DNA of 64,000 nucleotides from Ascidiella aspersa (Eukaryota), in NCBI GenBank assembly GCA_963924565.1, contig OZ004610.1, forward strand, positions 19,654,001-19,718,000, given 5' to 3'. Positions 34,401-46,367 of this stretch are shown here, piece by piece. The translations under genes were made by a program, and so were the position numbers. The first letter of the stretch is position 1, and each line of letters begins with the position of its first letter. The notes below the pieces were generated by a model. That model was not told the DNA's origin. It was given only the letters and a program-made list of their open reading frames with translations, and made no database searches.

Positions 34401-37383
34401 GTTTCACCAAGGCATGTACTTGACTTGATTTTTACCGTCACGCAGGTTATTGCCCTATAAATGTTTGGAAACGTTTTGCCCTTTTAAACGTTAAGAGGTT
34501 TTGCGAGAAGTCGCACGCGCGCCCTTTGGATTTAACATGCAACCAAAGTGCAATGTTGTGTGATGTTTTTTAAATGGTAATACTAAATAATCGACTATAG
34601 CACACAACCCAAGCATGTCATACATATTTCAAGTAACAAAACTGGTGACATTTGTCAATTTGTAATAACTCTCGCGCGCAAAGCTTTAGTTTATAGCAGC
34701 AATTGTTTGAACTTTCTTAATAGCGTGAAACTTAAGCAAATCCGTAATCCCGGTGCTAAACTGCAAGGGTGAAAAAAAACCCTCAGTGAAAATAAAAATT
34801 TCTTACTGTTAAACTGCTGCAATAAACGCAATATTTTGCGAACTCAGCTTAAATGTTGCGTAGTTAAACGAAGCACAATCACATCAATTTTTTTGTGAAG
34901 GTTTGTTTTACGACATCCGTGTAGGTTTTGGTGTTTAATCAAATTATGTTTTAGTATACATCCCATGTGGTAGACGTATTTGTTCGACTTGTGTGATATT
35001 TAAGCAAACTCGTAATCCCGGTACCAAATGGCGTACAACGAACAAAAATCCGTATCGTGTTTAATAGTGAAAATTGCTAAACCTCTGCACTAAACGGCAT
35101 ATTAAGCTGCGTCCAACGCCAGACAAACCCATAACCTGTTTGAAATATTGCTTACTATTCAAACTGCGTCAACAAACGCGATATTTTGCGAACTCTTTCT
35201 AAATTTGGCGTGGTTAAACATACCGCTATACTTCGAACGCTGCACACGTTCGGTAACAATAAATTTAAAACATGTGATGTGCTTTTTGTTGTGAAACCGA
35301 AGGCGCTGTTCCCTTGTCTGTTTGCCGCTGGTTGTGTCTGAAACGGGTTAATTTAATTCTTTACCTTTACCACAATAAGACTATATCAGCTTATAAGGAT
35401 AAGGTCTGTGTGGAAGCTATACATTGAATTGATTAGCGTAGTATAACTTATTATCGCTTTAATCTGCGTGACTGTAAAGTCAAATTCAATGTATCTAAAC
35501 AAAAAGCAATGTCGTGTGCTACCATTACCAAACTGCATCCAACGTAAAAATAATCGGCAATTCACGTGTAACCATTTTATGTGTGTTTTTTTATTTCGCT
35601 GTAATCGAATAACATGTAATCTATATTGTAAAACAGAAAAGGCGATGATTGTCCCTAGACATTTGACCGCTAATTGTGTCTGAAAGGGTGTAATTAAATT
35701 CTTTCTCAACTGGCGTGATATAAAAGTTTGCTGAAACCGCATGTTACAGCCGATGGTTTAAAAAATATTGTGACGCAGCCTTGTGTGATTTTTCCGTAAT
35801 GGTACGACAAAATACTCAAAAAACCCTTTGAAAATATAAATTGCTTACCCATGGCCGGTTTGCTAAAGCGCTCGCTTGAGATGCGCGACTTTCTTTCATA
35901 GAAAGACCCTTTTTTGTCTGGGAGCACATGACTTTCTTTCTATTTTCCCTGTCACTCGGTTTCTCGCTTGACAGGAGGCAGTGTGAGCGACGTTGCTCTG
36001 TTTGTGTCTTTGAGATCGCATGTCAGCGACCGAGCGGCGAACATGTGAGGTCGAACGGCGGACAAACTTTCTAATATATTATAAGATATTTCTTTATTAT
36101 GTCACCGGCCTTTACGAATTTGTTAAATTTTGTTTACGAAGTAAAATCAGAAAAAAAATAACTTGCCGGCTTGTTAACCTTTGTATTATTAACAAGATTG
36201 ATTTATTTAGTTGAGATAGCTTTGCCTAACGTACGTGATTTTGGAATGTGTAGGTTTGCATTTTTGTTTGTTTATTATTTTTTTTAAACGGCCTACTAAA
36301 TTTCCACTAAAGATTTAATAACTTTTATATAGGATTATGCTGTGGTATACGTTTCTCAAGTTGCTCAGCGAGACGAATCTGTGTTTCCCCAAGCAAGCAC
36401 TTTTCTTCCAGACCGTTGGAGCACCTGGTAAGATTACTATTGGGTCAATCACCAATGTATCAAAGAAAAAAATACATGAAATGGAAGTATAAATTACAGT
36501 TTTGCGAATATGAGCATGTTATTTCGACCTACCAGGATATATGTTATGTTTTATTTCAGTAAAACTTATATGCGTGATGCAGCGTTTTATTCTGTTTGAG
36601 GGAACAGTAGTAATGACGTCAACTGATATCGGTATGGCAGTACTTTTAGCCCAATATATCGGGTAACAGTATCGAAAGTTTATACGAAGTATCAGACATC
36701 TCTAATTACAGCGATGTGTTTCCGTTCATTGTCACACGGTGTAGAAATTATTAAACCCACACTTGACATTTGTAAGTTGGCTAAAACATGTTAACAATCG
36801 GCATAACTAGATTATTTGCAATAATGCCAATTTAAACCATTTAAAGCATATTTGAGTTGGGGGTGAAATTCGCGTGTGTATGCTTATTGTAGCAAGATAT
36901 AAGCAGAACCTACTTTTTTTTGTTTTCATTAAAATGCCATTCAACTAGTTGATTATAATTACTAATAATTTAGTACTAATATAAAAGCTTGAACTTTTAA
37001 AGAGGTTATACTCTCTTTTATATTGAGGTATATTTTTAGAGAGATTTAGTTTGAATATCGTTTGAAGGGGTTCACGGAATGAAAAAGGTTGAAATACACT
37101 GGCCTACATACATGTTTTCCATTGAATGCTGACACACAACCTATAATCTATATTTCGAAGGAATGAAAACGACAAGGATCTTATCTTCTGCTTCGGGGCA
37201 GGTTCAAGATGCTGTATCGGACGCAAAGTTATTAATGACATACTCCATGACGTCACCAAACGACTTCTTTCTGCTTTTAATTGGCACATTTTTCCCGACA
37301 ACCAGGATCTCTCTTACAAGTACCTACCAGTGGCGAGACCGGTCAAGCCAGCCCTTATAAAATTTACAAAACCGCCGCGATGA
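4473..37383 (+). CDS. Cytochrome P450, ~430 aa, CYP26/CYP120-like; join(4473-4546,10171-10298,10361-10517,10644-10679,11743-11882,19631-19771,22931-23085,24176-24319,36333-36427,37161-37383)
   Basis: All introns are GT-AG with consistent phases; total 1293 nt. Motifs: Pro-rich PGSFGYPIIGE, K-helix EVQR (ExxR), meander PDRW (PERF-like), heme ligand FGAGSRCCIG (FxxGxRxCxG). Stop TGA at 37381-37383. The exon 6 donor (GTCAAC) is weak. Confidence 0.93.
4638..4843. mobile_element. Palindromic MITE with GGGTTAGGG-like core (copy 2), P450 intron 1
   Basis: TIRs GCGCTGGCCTAGAATC / GATTCTAAACCAGCACCC; flanks CAGTCT / CAGTTT. Homologous to 2317-2490. Confidence 0.78.
8442..9210. mobile_element. Truncated copy of the hAT-type MITE family seen at 14210-15407
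   Basis: Begins CAGTGGCGTATCCAGGGG and shares internal blocks with 14210-15407 (AACCAAAATC.AACGCAAAAC, CGTTTAGTATTG, GTACATGGA, TTGCTGGACGTTA). A Helitron-derived patch follows at ~9210-9400. Confidence 0.65.
12227..12371. repeat. Local tandem duplication (2 x ~60-85 bp)
   Basis: GTACATGGAATATTCTA(C/T)TGTGGGGTCACATTAATT...AAAGATCCATTTC occurs twice in tandem. Confidence 0.8.
14210..15407. mobile_element. Non-autonomous hAT-type DNA transposon, with a nested MITE remnant at ~14616-14930
   Basis: TIRs CTGTGGCGTATCCAG / CTGGATACGCCCCTG; 8-bp TSD GCCAGGTG / GCCTGGTG. Related copies at 8442-9210 and ~21040-21610. Confidence 0.85.
15965..19080 (-). mobile_element. 5'-truncated, degenerate L2/CR1-group LINE, antisense in P450 intron 5
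   Basis: RT motifs YRPISV, QHGFRKGHST, GIPQG..LAPLLF.IYINDL, YADD and KYLG, broken by frameshifts. Long 3'UTR with a terminal stem-loop (16056-16099) and a (TCTA)n tail at 15965-15981. Confidence 0.9.
17511..17804. mobile_element. PIF/Harbinger-type MITE inserted in the LINE ORF2
   Basis: TIRs AGCCCCGTTTACACTACAGCTGCACTGAGC / GCTCAGTGCAGCTGTAGTGTAAACGGGCCT; TTA TSD. Removing it restores the LINE frame ...HLYETRLKENQNFYRF... Confidence 0.9.
19085..19440. repeat. ~42-bp minisatellite, 8 copies plus a partial
   Basis: Unit ~CGTACGTAGCTCAAATAAAACTAATTTGGCCACTTTTTTGTC. One more unit sits at 15929-15965, on the far side of the LINE. Confidence 0.9.
23670..24014. mobile_element. 110-bp inverted repeat pair, each arm carrying a minimal hammerhead-ribozyme motif (Penelope-like pseudo-LTR derivative)
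   Basis: Arms 23670-23779 and 23905-24014 are near-perfect reverse complements. + arm: CTGATAA-TGGCA-ttagaaat-TGCC-GAAACGTT. - arm: CTGATGA-TGGCA-ttagaaat-TGCC-AAAACGTT. Confidence 0.75.
25103..27837 (-). mobile_element. L1/Tx1-like LINE with intact ends but endonuclease and RT core deleted
   Basis: 5' end TCATTCCCAGTC and 39-nt 5'UTR. ORF1 with CCHC knuckle. ORF2 C-terminal remnants (LSLLGKTTVIKSL, FLWGSKWERVKR, ETLYHLFYLC). Poly(A) tail at 25103-25112. 13-bp TSD TCAAGCAT(T/C)CAAC at 25090-25102 and 27838-27850. Confidence 0.88.
26510..27798 (-). pseudogene. LINE ORF1 (gag-like, CCHC knuckle) with disrupted Cys-rich C-terminal extension
   Basis: 27187-27798 encodes CKYCGEKGHKQANC. Reading through one stop, one frameshift and one further stop continues via a low-complexity linker into ICPGC...VC*SC...KCC...CQCPSC...PCC...CIQC...CNC...CKAC...CSC. 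Confidence 0.7.
28835..31200 (-). mobile_element. Fragment of an LTR retroelement (3' ORF, PPT, partial LTR), LTR split by a hAT MITE
   Basis: On -: PPT AAGAGGGGGTAAA (30137-30149) followed by TGTCAC at 30136. A 225-aa ORF (30350-31027) lies upstream of the PPT. No clean CA LTR end found. Confidence 0.55.
29194..30103. mobile_element. hAT (Charlie/SPIN-like) internally deleted transposon
   Basis: TIRs CAAGGGTCTCAAAC / GTTTGAGACCCTTG; perfect 8-bp TSD CTTTAAAG. Transposase N-terminal remnant on - at 29511-29699 (RKITDERKVFQDKGEELYF...YCLIC...AVMKKYN..LHFET). Confidence 0.9.
31210..32175 (+). mobile_element. Penelope-like retroelement 3' fragment (RT thumb, GIY-YIG endonuclease remnant, pLTR with hammerhead motif)
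   Basis: PFLDILV...VYRKPTNTDRVLHFTSHHP; GVVYCIPCAEC..VYTGKTGR; SAL..H...H..DF; FLESW. Hammerhead-like C(A)GAAGA-AGATTGCCT-gaat-AGGTAATC-GAAACGTC at ~32127-32161. Confidence 0.88.
33590..36086 (-). mobile_element. Non-autonomous Helitron (2.5 kb), antisense in P450 intron 8
   Basis: On -: A|TCTTATAATATATTAG 5' end; 3' hairpin CCTTGGCAACGCCGGGT then TTAG|T (CTAG variant); inserted between A and T with no TSD. Internal degenerate repeats (GTAATCCCGGT at ~34257, 34744, 35012). The second copy ends in canonical CTAG|T. Confidence 0.82.
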
Positions 37384-39581
37384 CTAAAGTATGACGATAC
37401 CGGTAAAGTTGTATTCGATGTGTAATCAAGCTTTATATGTGTTAAGCGTATTTTCTCTTAAAATTTGTCGCCACTCATAGTAGGTTATTTTTAAAATAGA
37501 AACCGGTAATCTTAAGGCACCGAAGTGCAAATGACTGATTTTTTTCTAAATAAATCGACAGATTTGGTTTGAAACGTCATCACCTGGTCACTATATTTAA
37601 AATTCGGCCAACGTACGAGTTTTGCAGCGATTTCGGATTTCTCAAGTTGTTGCTTACATTATGGCGAATAAAATATTGGCTGGCGAGACTTTTGTCCATT
37701 ACCTTTGGCGGCACTTGGCGATCTCGCTGCCATAAAAGTTGAGTCAACTTTCAAACGAAGAGCACCAAGTTAAACGCTCTAGGCCATTGTTTGCGTCGCA
37801 CAGGCACATGTTTGCGGCTACATTGTTTGTGGTGTGATCCTTTGTCCCATGCACCGATGTGTAACTAAACATTTTTGAGAGCGGTGAGAAAAGGCTTACC
37901 AATGTTGTTATACAGTTCGATATTAAGCCAAGTTTATAACGCTGACCCTGTGACCCTTTAATCGCGGAAAGTACCTTCGATTCGATTTGCGGTTTTCAAA
38001 TTTGCAGGTATACTAATCAAATTAAAAGTTGGCTTTACAGTGATAAGCGCCCTCCCATCCAACTTCCCTTGGTATCACATCTGCGGTGCCTTTGTTCTCT
38101 CTGTTATTGCTAAATGCGAATGTCACCAGCAGCTATTTCACGCATTTACTGTGACGAGGAGCGCTCGTAGTTCCTTTAATCGTCTTGACACTGTTGGCTG
38201 TGTTTTGTTGCTAAATTAATTTTTACTGCTTTAGTTTGTGTTTCGCCTATTTTTAGCTAGATATAAGTACCTCGTAAGTTTAAAGCGAATACGCCTTTTT
38301 GGCTTGTAGCGTGTAACCCCCGACGTTGAAAAAGCTAACCGATATGCATATATTTTGCACTTAACCCTTTTTGCACACAATAAATATGCTGCTATTAAGA
38401 CAGTGTTTGTGATACAGAAAGTTACCAACTTGTGTCAAGATATAACGTAAATGGTTATTGAGAACACACAATTTGCGTATGTAGGCTACGACTGATCATG
38501 GTCACAAAATTAGTTTTGTTTAATGAACAATTTTATTGCCATCTGAGCCGTTATTTTTCGCTTTGTTAAGCCCGATAGAGCATTTTTTTGCTTTGCACAA
38601 ATATCCCGAACAGAAAACAAAACCTTTCATAATGCTACAAAAGCGAGGAGGTATAACAATCGTTTTAGAGAAAGGTTTGTTTGGAGAAAATCATTGTTCG
38701 GCGAAAACAGATGGTAACCTAAAGTGGAAATTGCTTCGTGAGCTAAAAACATTTTCTGTCAATCATGCTTGTATAAGAGGGTACTGGATGAATGTGCAAT
38801 ATTCTTGGTTAGTTTGTTCATATGCCTAAAACGATTAAAAGTTGTAAATAAAATAGCACATGTGTGTAAAAAGTATATACCGTAAATTTGTACAAAAATG
38901 GGCCTTGTGGTTTCGAGAAAACAGCTAGCTGCTGGACTTTACCACTTGTTCGTAGAACTGTTGTCGTCCACTAAAATGGCGGTTTATGGTGACCATAACA
39001 TATGCGTATCTCCAAGATATTTTTTGTCCAGTGAAGGGTTTCATTGAACAACGATTTATATATTCATCAGTAGTACAATTATTTTATTTATTGGCCTAAG
39101 AATTGAAAAATTTTAATCTAAAACTGTTTTTTGTTGTTGACATCTTAAGAATACGTTGTTTTAAACAACTTCTTATTGTTGTATATGGAGGACTGTGTTA
39201 CTGTCTACTCTACACTGTCTAGGTGAAATCAGTCTCTGTTGTTGTGAGCATTTTTGGCGTTATGCTAACGACCGATGAAACGCAAATCACTTGGTCTTAT
39301 AAACTTTCTTAAGTGTAAATCTGGGTTTTGTCGTTCTTTAAAATGACAAACAGCTTGAAAATATTTTTTAGAAAAAACAAAGAAGCAGGCTATCCTAGAA
39401 AACTAAGATAAATAAACGGTTTATTTGAATACCGAAGAAAATGACAAAACAATATCGCAGATCTAGCACCTATTTAAATAGAAAATGGCTAGGGCTAATT
39501 TCAAATCACCAACGAAACAATACACGGTAAATGTAGCAATAAGCTATTTTGTCAAAAATAAAAATACATGATTATCTAAAG

Positions 39582-40170
39582 CAGTGGTCGGCAACCGCCG
39601 GTCCGCGAGGAGTTCGTTACCGGTCCGTAGCAGGGTTGCCAGATTAAAATTTTGATTGAAACCCAAACCGTACGTAAAAGCCGGGAAAAAGCTAGAAAAA
39701 AAGTCAAAAACGATTGAAGTATTTTTTTATCCAAATCACATTAACTTTCGTTTAAATATACTCCATGGTTGATTGGTATATAAAAAATCACAATTAGTTT
39801 CAAGCACTCGTGAGGTGCAAAACAAACCAGTGTCCCGTGGCCATATAGAGCACTTTCACACCATCCTAAAATGCGTTTTTTGATTGCAAAATCTAACTCC
39901 TCGTATGTACAATATATCGAAAAAAGGGCCAAAATATCATGTTTTTTTTATCCCTAGCCGTCAAATTATGCAAACAACGTCCCACAATACAATTATTATT
40001 TTATGTTTAGGCAGGAAAGTTTTTAAACACAACGTAAGCATTTTAATTAGTTCATTGAAAAAATTGTAATAAATTTCGTTTACTGAGCATTTGTTGTTTT
40101 TTAAGGCCGGTCCGCGACAAAATTTCAGTTTTAAACCGGTCCGCAGTGTAAAAAAGGTTGCCGACCCCTG
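39582..40170. mobile_element. hAT (Charlie-type) MITE
   Basis: TIRs CAGTGGTCGGCAACC / GGTTGCCGACCCCTG; perfect 8-bp TSD ATCTAAAG. Confidence 0.9.
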
Positions 40171-43100
40171 ATCTAAAGCTACAACGAAACACGAACTGAA
40201 CCTAACGCGATAAACTATAAACTTGAACACCACTAAAGTTCTGTTTAAAATCGTATTTGATTTTGATATAACGTATGAATTTGACTTTTTTGTCATGTAT
40301 TAATCATCTTATTTCCCACTGTAAAATAACACAGTGTGATTAAAGCATGGCTTACTAGCTTATCAGGAAAAGGCAAACCAAAAAATCCCGTTTTTGTTTA
40401 CAACAAACATGTTTATATATTTGTAAAAGCTTAATTTACCACACTTTAGACCAGTTATATTCAACCTTTTTCGCGGTTTTCTCATTATACGTCTTCGCAT
40501 ATAATAAATAATATGTGTTAAGGTATACCCCGGTAGTTTAAACGAAAAAATATAGAATAGTAGCCCCGATATATAGGCTATATCTTTTTTGAAATCAATC
40601 TGTCGCGTAGCCATTTTTCTTTGCCATTTTCAAGCTTCCAAACGTTCCTATGTGTTGAAACTATCTACCTGGCGTTTTATTGACCCTTCAACAACAACAA
40701 AAAATAAAAAATAGTTGGCATGCTTATAAAATTATAAAAAATGGCCACCCACGAAAAGCAATGAACTTTTGTGGACACCTTTCTTGGGACATACAACGGA
40801 AGTTCTATGAATTTGATAAACATTTCGTGAGTCGAGCAGGTCAAGGAGATGCGAACCGCAATCGCCAGATTAGCGTAAGTGCCGATGATATAAGACTCTT
40901 ATCTTTGCTTTCAGTCTCGCGTCGTCACACATGACTTGATTAAAAGAATCCGTTTAAGGCGACTTTAATGAAATAATTTAATTATAGCTAATAAAATATT
41001 GCTGAAGTCCAGTAAGGATAACCTGTATTTATCTGACGCCTAACTTGTTGTGAATTAATTATAGCAAGTAGTGTATATAGTATTTATAGTGTATATAATA
41101 TTTATTTTTGTTGCTTATATTTGTACCACGTAAACAGCATTTCCAAATGGCCAGGAAGGTTATTTCGCAATGCGGAAGTAGGTTGCGACAATTACCAAAA
41201 ATTTTGTTAGTACAGTTGTTTATGTTAAATCACCCAAAAACAACAAGTTTATTTGCGTCAGAGTTCCAACTAGAATAACATTTGGTCTACTTGACTCCAA
41301 AAATCAGACTGTTATCACACAAAAGTCAAACGAACAAAACGTCCAATGGTTCCGGTTTGCCTACAAACTTCGTAATCTTCCAAGTGTTTAAGTGACACAC
41401 CTCTTCCGTGAAATTGAGCAATATTTGATTATTGCTATCAACGGTCTTTAGATTTCGATCTAAAGACGCAAAGGGGACAGTCTGCCGAAAATAAAAACAA
41501 ACACATCGGTGATTAAATTACGCATAACCCAACTGTGAGCTCTTTGTAGACTTCAGATCGTTTCGTGTAACATTTGTTGCAAAACAGCGTTACGTCATTT
41601 CTGAAGTAGATTAGGCGTCATTGAGACAGCAGTGTAAGGTTTGATTTCGAATTAGCCCTTAAGGGTGGGATTTTTCAGAATTTGGAATCTGTGTAAGAAA
41701 TCGATTTTTTTTACTGTTCAGGTCTTTAACGCCATCGAGCAAAAATTATGACTGAAGTGTACAAGTTCATTATAATTGCGTCATAATACGGTATGAGTAC
41801 TCGCTGTTATTTACTGTACTTAGCAGCATGTATTGTTTTCATTAAAACGTAATTTAAGTTGTTTATTGTACTAATAATTTACTACTAATAATATAGCGGC
41901 TTAATAGTTCGACTTTTCAAGAAGTCATACTGTCTTCTGTACTGACTAATTATTTATAGGTATATTTACAAATGTTTTTGTCACTTCGTTGGGATTGAGT
42001 TTAAATAGGGGTAAAGGGGTCCATGAGAGTAAAAAGGTTGAGATTTCTAGGTATTTCTAAATTTCTCAAGTTTCGAACATTAAAAATAAAAAAAAAAGTT
42101 TAAAAAATTATCAAAGATGTAAAATTTTTGAAACTGTCATTAAGTTTAAAATTGTATCAAAATTTAGTTTTAAATTATATTCAACAACGTTTTAACTGTA
42201 TTATACCTTCATTAGAGCTATACGCCCTATACGGTTTTGGCGGGCCGGTAGAGTTTACCACACAGGCCTGCTGGTTTATCGCATTAGGTTCAGCTCGAAC
42301 GTTTTTTGCTTCAGATAGTTGTGTTTCTCTGATTTGGACAAATATAATAGTACGGTATTTGCTGTGTTTTTGTTTCAGTGGTGATTTGCAATTAACTTGT
42401 TTCTTATTTTAATAATGCTAGGTCTTTGCTAAATTTTTGCAAATATTTTAACTAAATAATTACTTTAACTAAATAATTTCTTTAACTATTCTCTAATACT
42501 AAAAGTCTAAAACATCGCTAATGTTGTTTGTCGTTTTAAAATGCCAAAATAACAACTATAAGCACTTTCAAGAGTTTTGCATAAACCCGAAAAAATACCT
42601 GATTTGTTTTTAACCGGTCTTCAAAACAACCAAAAAGAGTGACTGACGACGGCCAAGACACTTACGCAGTACTTTATACAAGTATGCGTTAAAAATATAT
42701 ATTTATTTCAAAAATAATCGCCCTAACTGTAACTATCAATAAGGGATTTTTATGCAATTGAAAAAAATATAATTATCTTTAGGAAAAACACGGCGAAGCG
42801 CAAAAAAGCGGCATTTACTTGACAAAACTTTATTAAGATGCGCGCATTACCTATCAAAGCGATTTTGACGAATCAAAATCGTGGACACCAAGCCATGCCT
42901 CCATCCAAACTGTATTTTTGCCTATTTAAATTCCGTAACGCTGTAAAAAAAAACAATAGTGTTTTTATAATTTCCTAAATAATTTAAAAAAAATCGTTTT
43001 GGATCGAAGGTGCATTGTGTTTAAGTAATCTCACCCTCGAAAATGAAAGTTTGGACATATTAAACGAAAAAAAAGCAGGTAAACGATGGTATGACAAGAG

Positions 43101-46100
43101 GCTAGAGCCACCCTTTTCTTTGATTTTGTCGTGCATTGCATTGAACGATAGTTTTAATTTACCCTAAAAAAGCGACTTGCAAAAGTAACCAAAACGTTTG
43201 GAAAAGTATAAATTCTAGAGAAGGCTATAGCTATTTTTGTTTTACACCGAAGTTGTCAAACTGGCGGCCCGCATGTCGCAAACGATTATCAAGACCATTA
43301 AGTGTGGACCCGCGAGACCTTTTTAAAACAAAAATTTGGAGGAGCAAGTGCTCATTTTGTTTTGCATGTTCTGTTCAAATGAAACTGTCGCATTTTTATA
43401 TAAGTACACCGAAAATCCGAAAAATATCAACACATCAAAAATCGAATTTGAATTTTTTTAAGATAATACTATAAACTGCCAACAGTGTCAACTAATGAAA
43501 CCTAAATCTTTGGTATAAACTTTGCCGATTTAAAATTGAGAATATCGGTCCAAATCAGGTACCGGTATGTCAAATTTGTGGCCTCCGGGCTGCGTCGCTC
43601 TTTACAGACTCTTTGTAGTATTTCCAATGCCTTGCGCCTGCTGCACATATTACATACACTGTGTTAAATGGGTGTATGGATATGCTGCCTTTTAAACAGA
43701 AAAATTTCTTGTTTAAAAATCAAAATATATCCAAAAATTAAAAGTTGTTACATTCTAAACGTTTTCCTGAATTGTTGCATTTTCTGCGGTTAAAAGTTAG
43801 CACCTATGTCATTCTATACCATTTGTATTGATAAATGCTTCTAAAACGTTTGTATGCACCTCTATACGAAATATGTTTGTTAATCTAGCCAAAATATATG
43901 GGTCATTGTTTTTTTTTTGCTGGTGGTCTTGTAGGTCAGTGGCCCAACCTTTTTCCACGGCAACCTTAACTTCAAGAAAATGTCAAACTGGGTAAATCTC
44001 GCGACCCAAGCCTCTTCTGGTGAGGAGCGGATGCAGGGTTTTTTGTTAAAGTTAAAAAAAAAAGAGATAACTTCAAACATTTACGTCATAAAACAAGTAA
44101 CCGTAAGAAATTTTGTTTACTGTCGAACTCGTGTGCAAATGTGCAAAAAAATATACATTCAAGAAGGCAGGGCGTTCGAACCATTTACTCTTACAGCTGC
44201 ACGGCTTTGCAAAATGAACATCGTACAAATTTGCGACAAGGGCAAAAATTATATGATGCGTTAATCTTGTTAAAAGTTAAAGAGTTTTTAATTAGAAAGT
44301 GGTAGAGCACACCTATTCACGCCGCCTTTGAACTAAAAATTTCTCCTGAATTGGGTAATAATCCAAATAGCAAAAAAAGATTCACGTGAAGCCCGAACAT
44401 TTGTTTGCTTCTACTCAGTTAAAACAGGCAAAATACAGACCCCCTGCACTCGCCTCTGCTTTTGGTATGATTTAAAGACGAATCAAAATTATAGACCAAC
44501 TAAAAAACGCAGAACAATAACATAAAAACATTACTAAAATAATACTGCGCACGAAACCTATCCACGCAATTGTAGCGTTGGTACAAAAATTACGGTTTAC
44601 CCAGTATTTACGGCACTGTTAGTTATAGTTTAGCGTAGGATTTACGAAAAGCAAAAGCACGCATGGGAGGCAAAAAGCGACTTAAGTTGGATGTAAAATA
44701 TGCCTATGTTATAGATTGACATACAGTGTGGAACGCAATCAAGCCACCTTCAGTTCGTGTAACTCAATTTCAACTTTGTCTGTATTTTTATTGCCTCTTT
44801 TATATCTGACAAGCGACCAAAGGAATTGTTAGGCGACCTAACTTTGGGTCGCGACATTTGCCGAACCCTGGAATAAACAGAAGCGACGCAATATTGGCTT
44901 CATAAAATAGAGAGACAGCACGAAATGCATTTACGGAGGTTGCAAATAAATTTTATCAGATGTTCGGTTTTTGAAAAAAAAGGATTGCAAACCATTCGTT
45001 ATAAATTAAAGTTCACCAATTAAAATAAATTGACAGATTGGCCTTATTTTACCTAAGCAAATACACTTGTTATAGTACTACCGGTGGACCTAATGGCAAT
45101 TTAAAAAAGTTTTGCTAAAGGCAAACATGTTAAGGCTTCTACGCGTTTATAGCGCTTTCCGAGTTTTGACGTCGGCTATTTATTATCGCGTTCTTTATTT
45201 TTTTCGCTTCAATGACTTTTTGTTTATGTTTGAAATTGTTAACGCACTGATATGCTAAGTTCTTCAATACAACCTGTCTTTCAAAAATACCCTAATTGAT
45301 ATTTTTTATGGATGGTGCAGTAAATATTTATTTGACTCGGAAACAAATGTTTGCTACAACAACAACAACAACAACATCAACAACGAAGATATGAAGTATT
45401 GAAACATGGTAAGATGCAAAACAAGCACAACAGTGCGAAACATCGTCAGACGCAAGAAGTAATTTTTAAGCATATGGCAAAAATTTAAATAAATAATTAC
45501 TAGGCCTATATATAAATAAGTAAAATAAATACAAAAAACATTCATGGTAAAATAAAAATTTGCAATAAAAGCATTTAAGGCGTCGACTAAAGCAAAAAAT
45601 ATTTTTCTATTTCGTTTACTCAGATCTTGGGTATTGGTTGCTTCGAAAATCACTTGTGTTTTGTAAAATTGTTGGAAGGGTCGCGCTGTTCGGGTTGTGG
45701 CTACTGAAGTCGTTTAAGTATTCCGCGTAAGTTTCCACTACGCCATCTTTCTCCTTAAGTGTCAAAGCGTTATTGCATCTCTCCCGCCTAGTGACGTACT
45801 ACAACAGAGGTAGCCGAAACTTGCAATGAGAAAACGGAGCTTGAAGAAATCGCTGGCCCAAGATCGACGGTTTACTTCAAGCAAAGAATTGCCGATGTTA
45901 TGAGTGATAGTCGGAAAACAAAAAGGTTGGTTACGGCCACATCGTTATTTTGAAGACGCCATAAAGCACACCGAAAAATGACAACAGAACACAAGCAGAA
46001 GAAGCGAGGGTAATTTAATAATGTCCTCGTTGAAGTAATTAATTATTTTTAACTCAAAATATTTTATATTGTGCGTTACTTGTTTTAAGATAAGCATAGA

Positions 46101-46367
46101 CATTATAAACGATATAAAATGTAGGTCCACACAGTAATACCCAAAACTAAAACAGAAGCAGCATAAAACTAGATATATTATTATCAGCACCCCATAGAGC
46201 GTAGCAAGAAATAGTTTCACTCAATGAAAGTGCAGAGAAAAAGAATATGTGTTGCAATATTTTACAGTGAATGGTGAGATCACCTCACAACGCTAAAGCT
46301 TTGAAGCCCTGGTAACACTCGTCCAAATAACGATGTACCACACGACCCGCTCTGGCGCTCAAGTACG

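Noticed and set aside
37400-45600. Short ORFs between the two genes, and likewise in 50000-57300
   Set aside because: AT-rich, no motifs and no consistent exon chain found; mostly decayed MITE ends.
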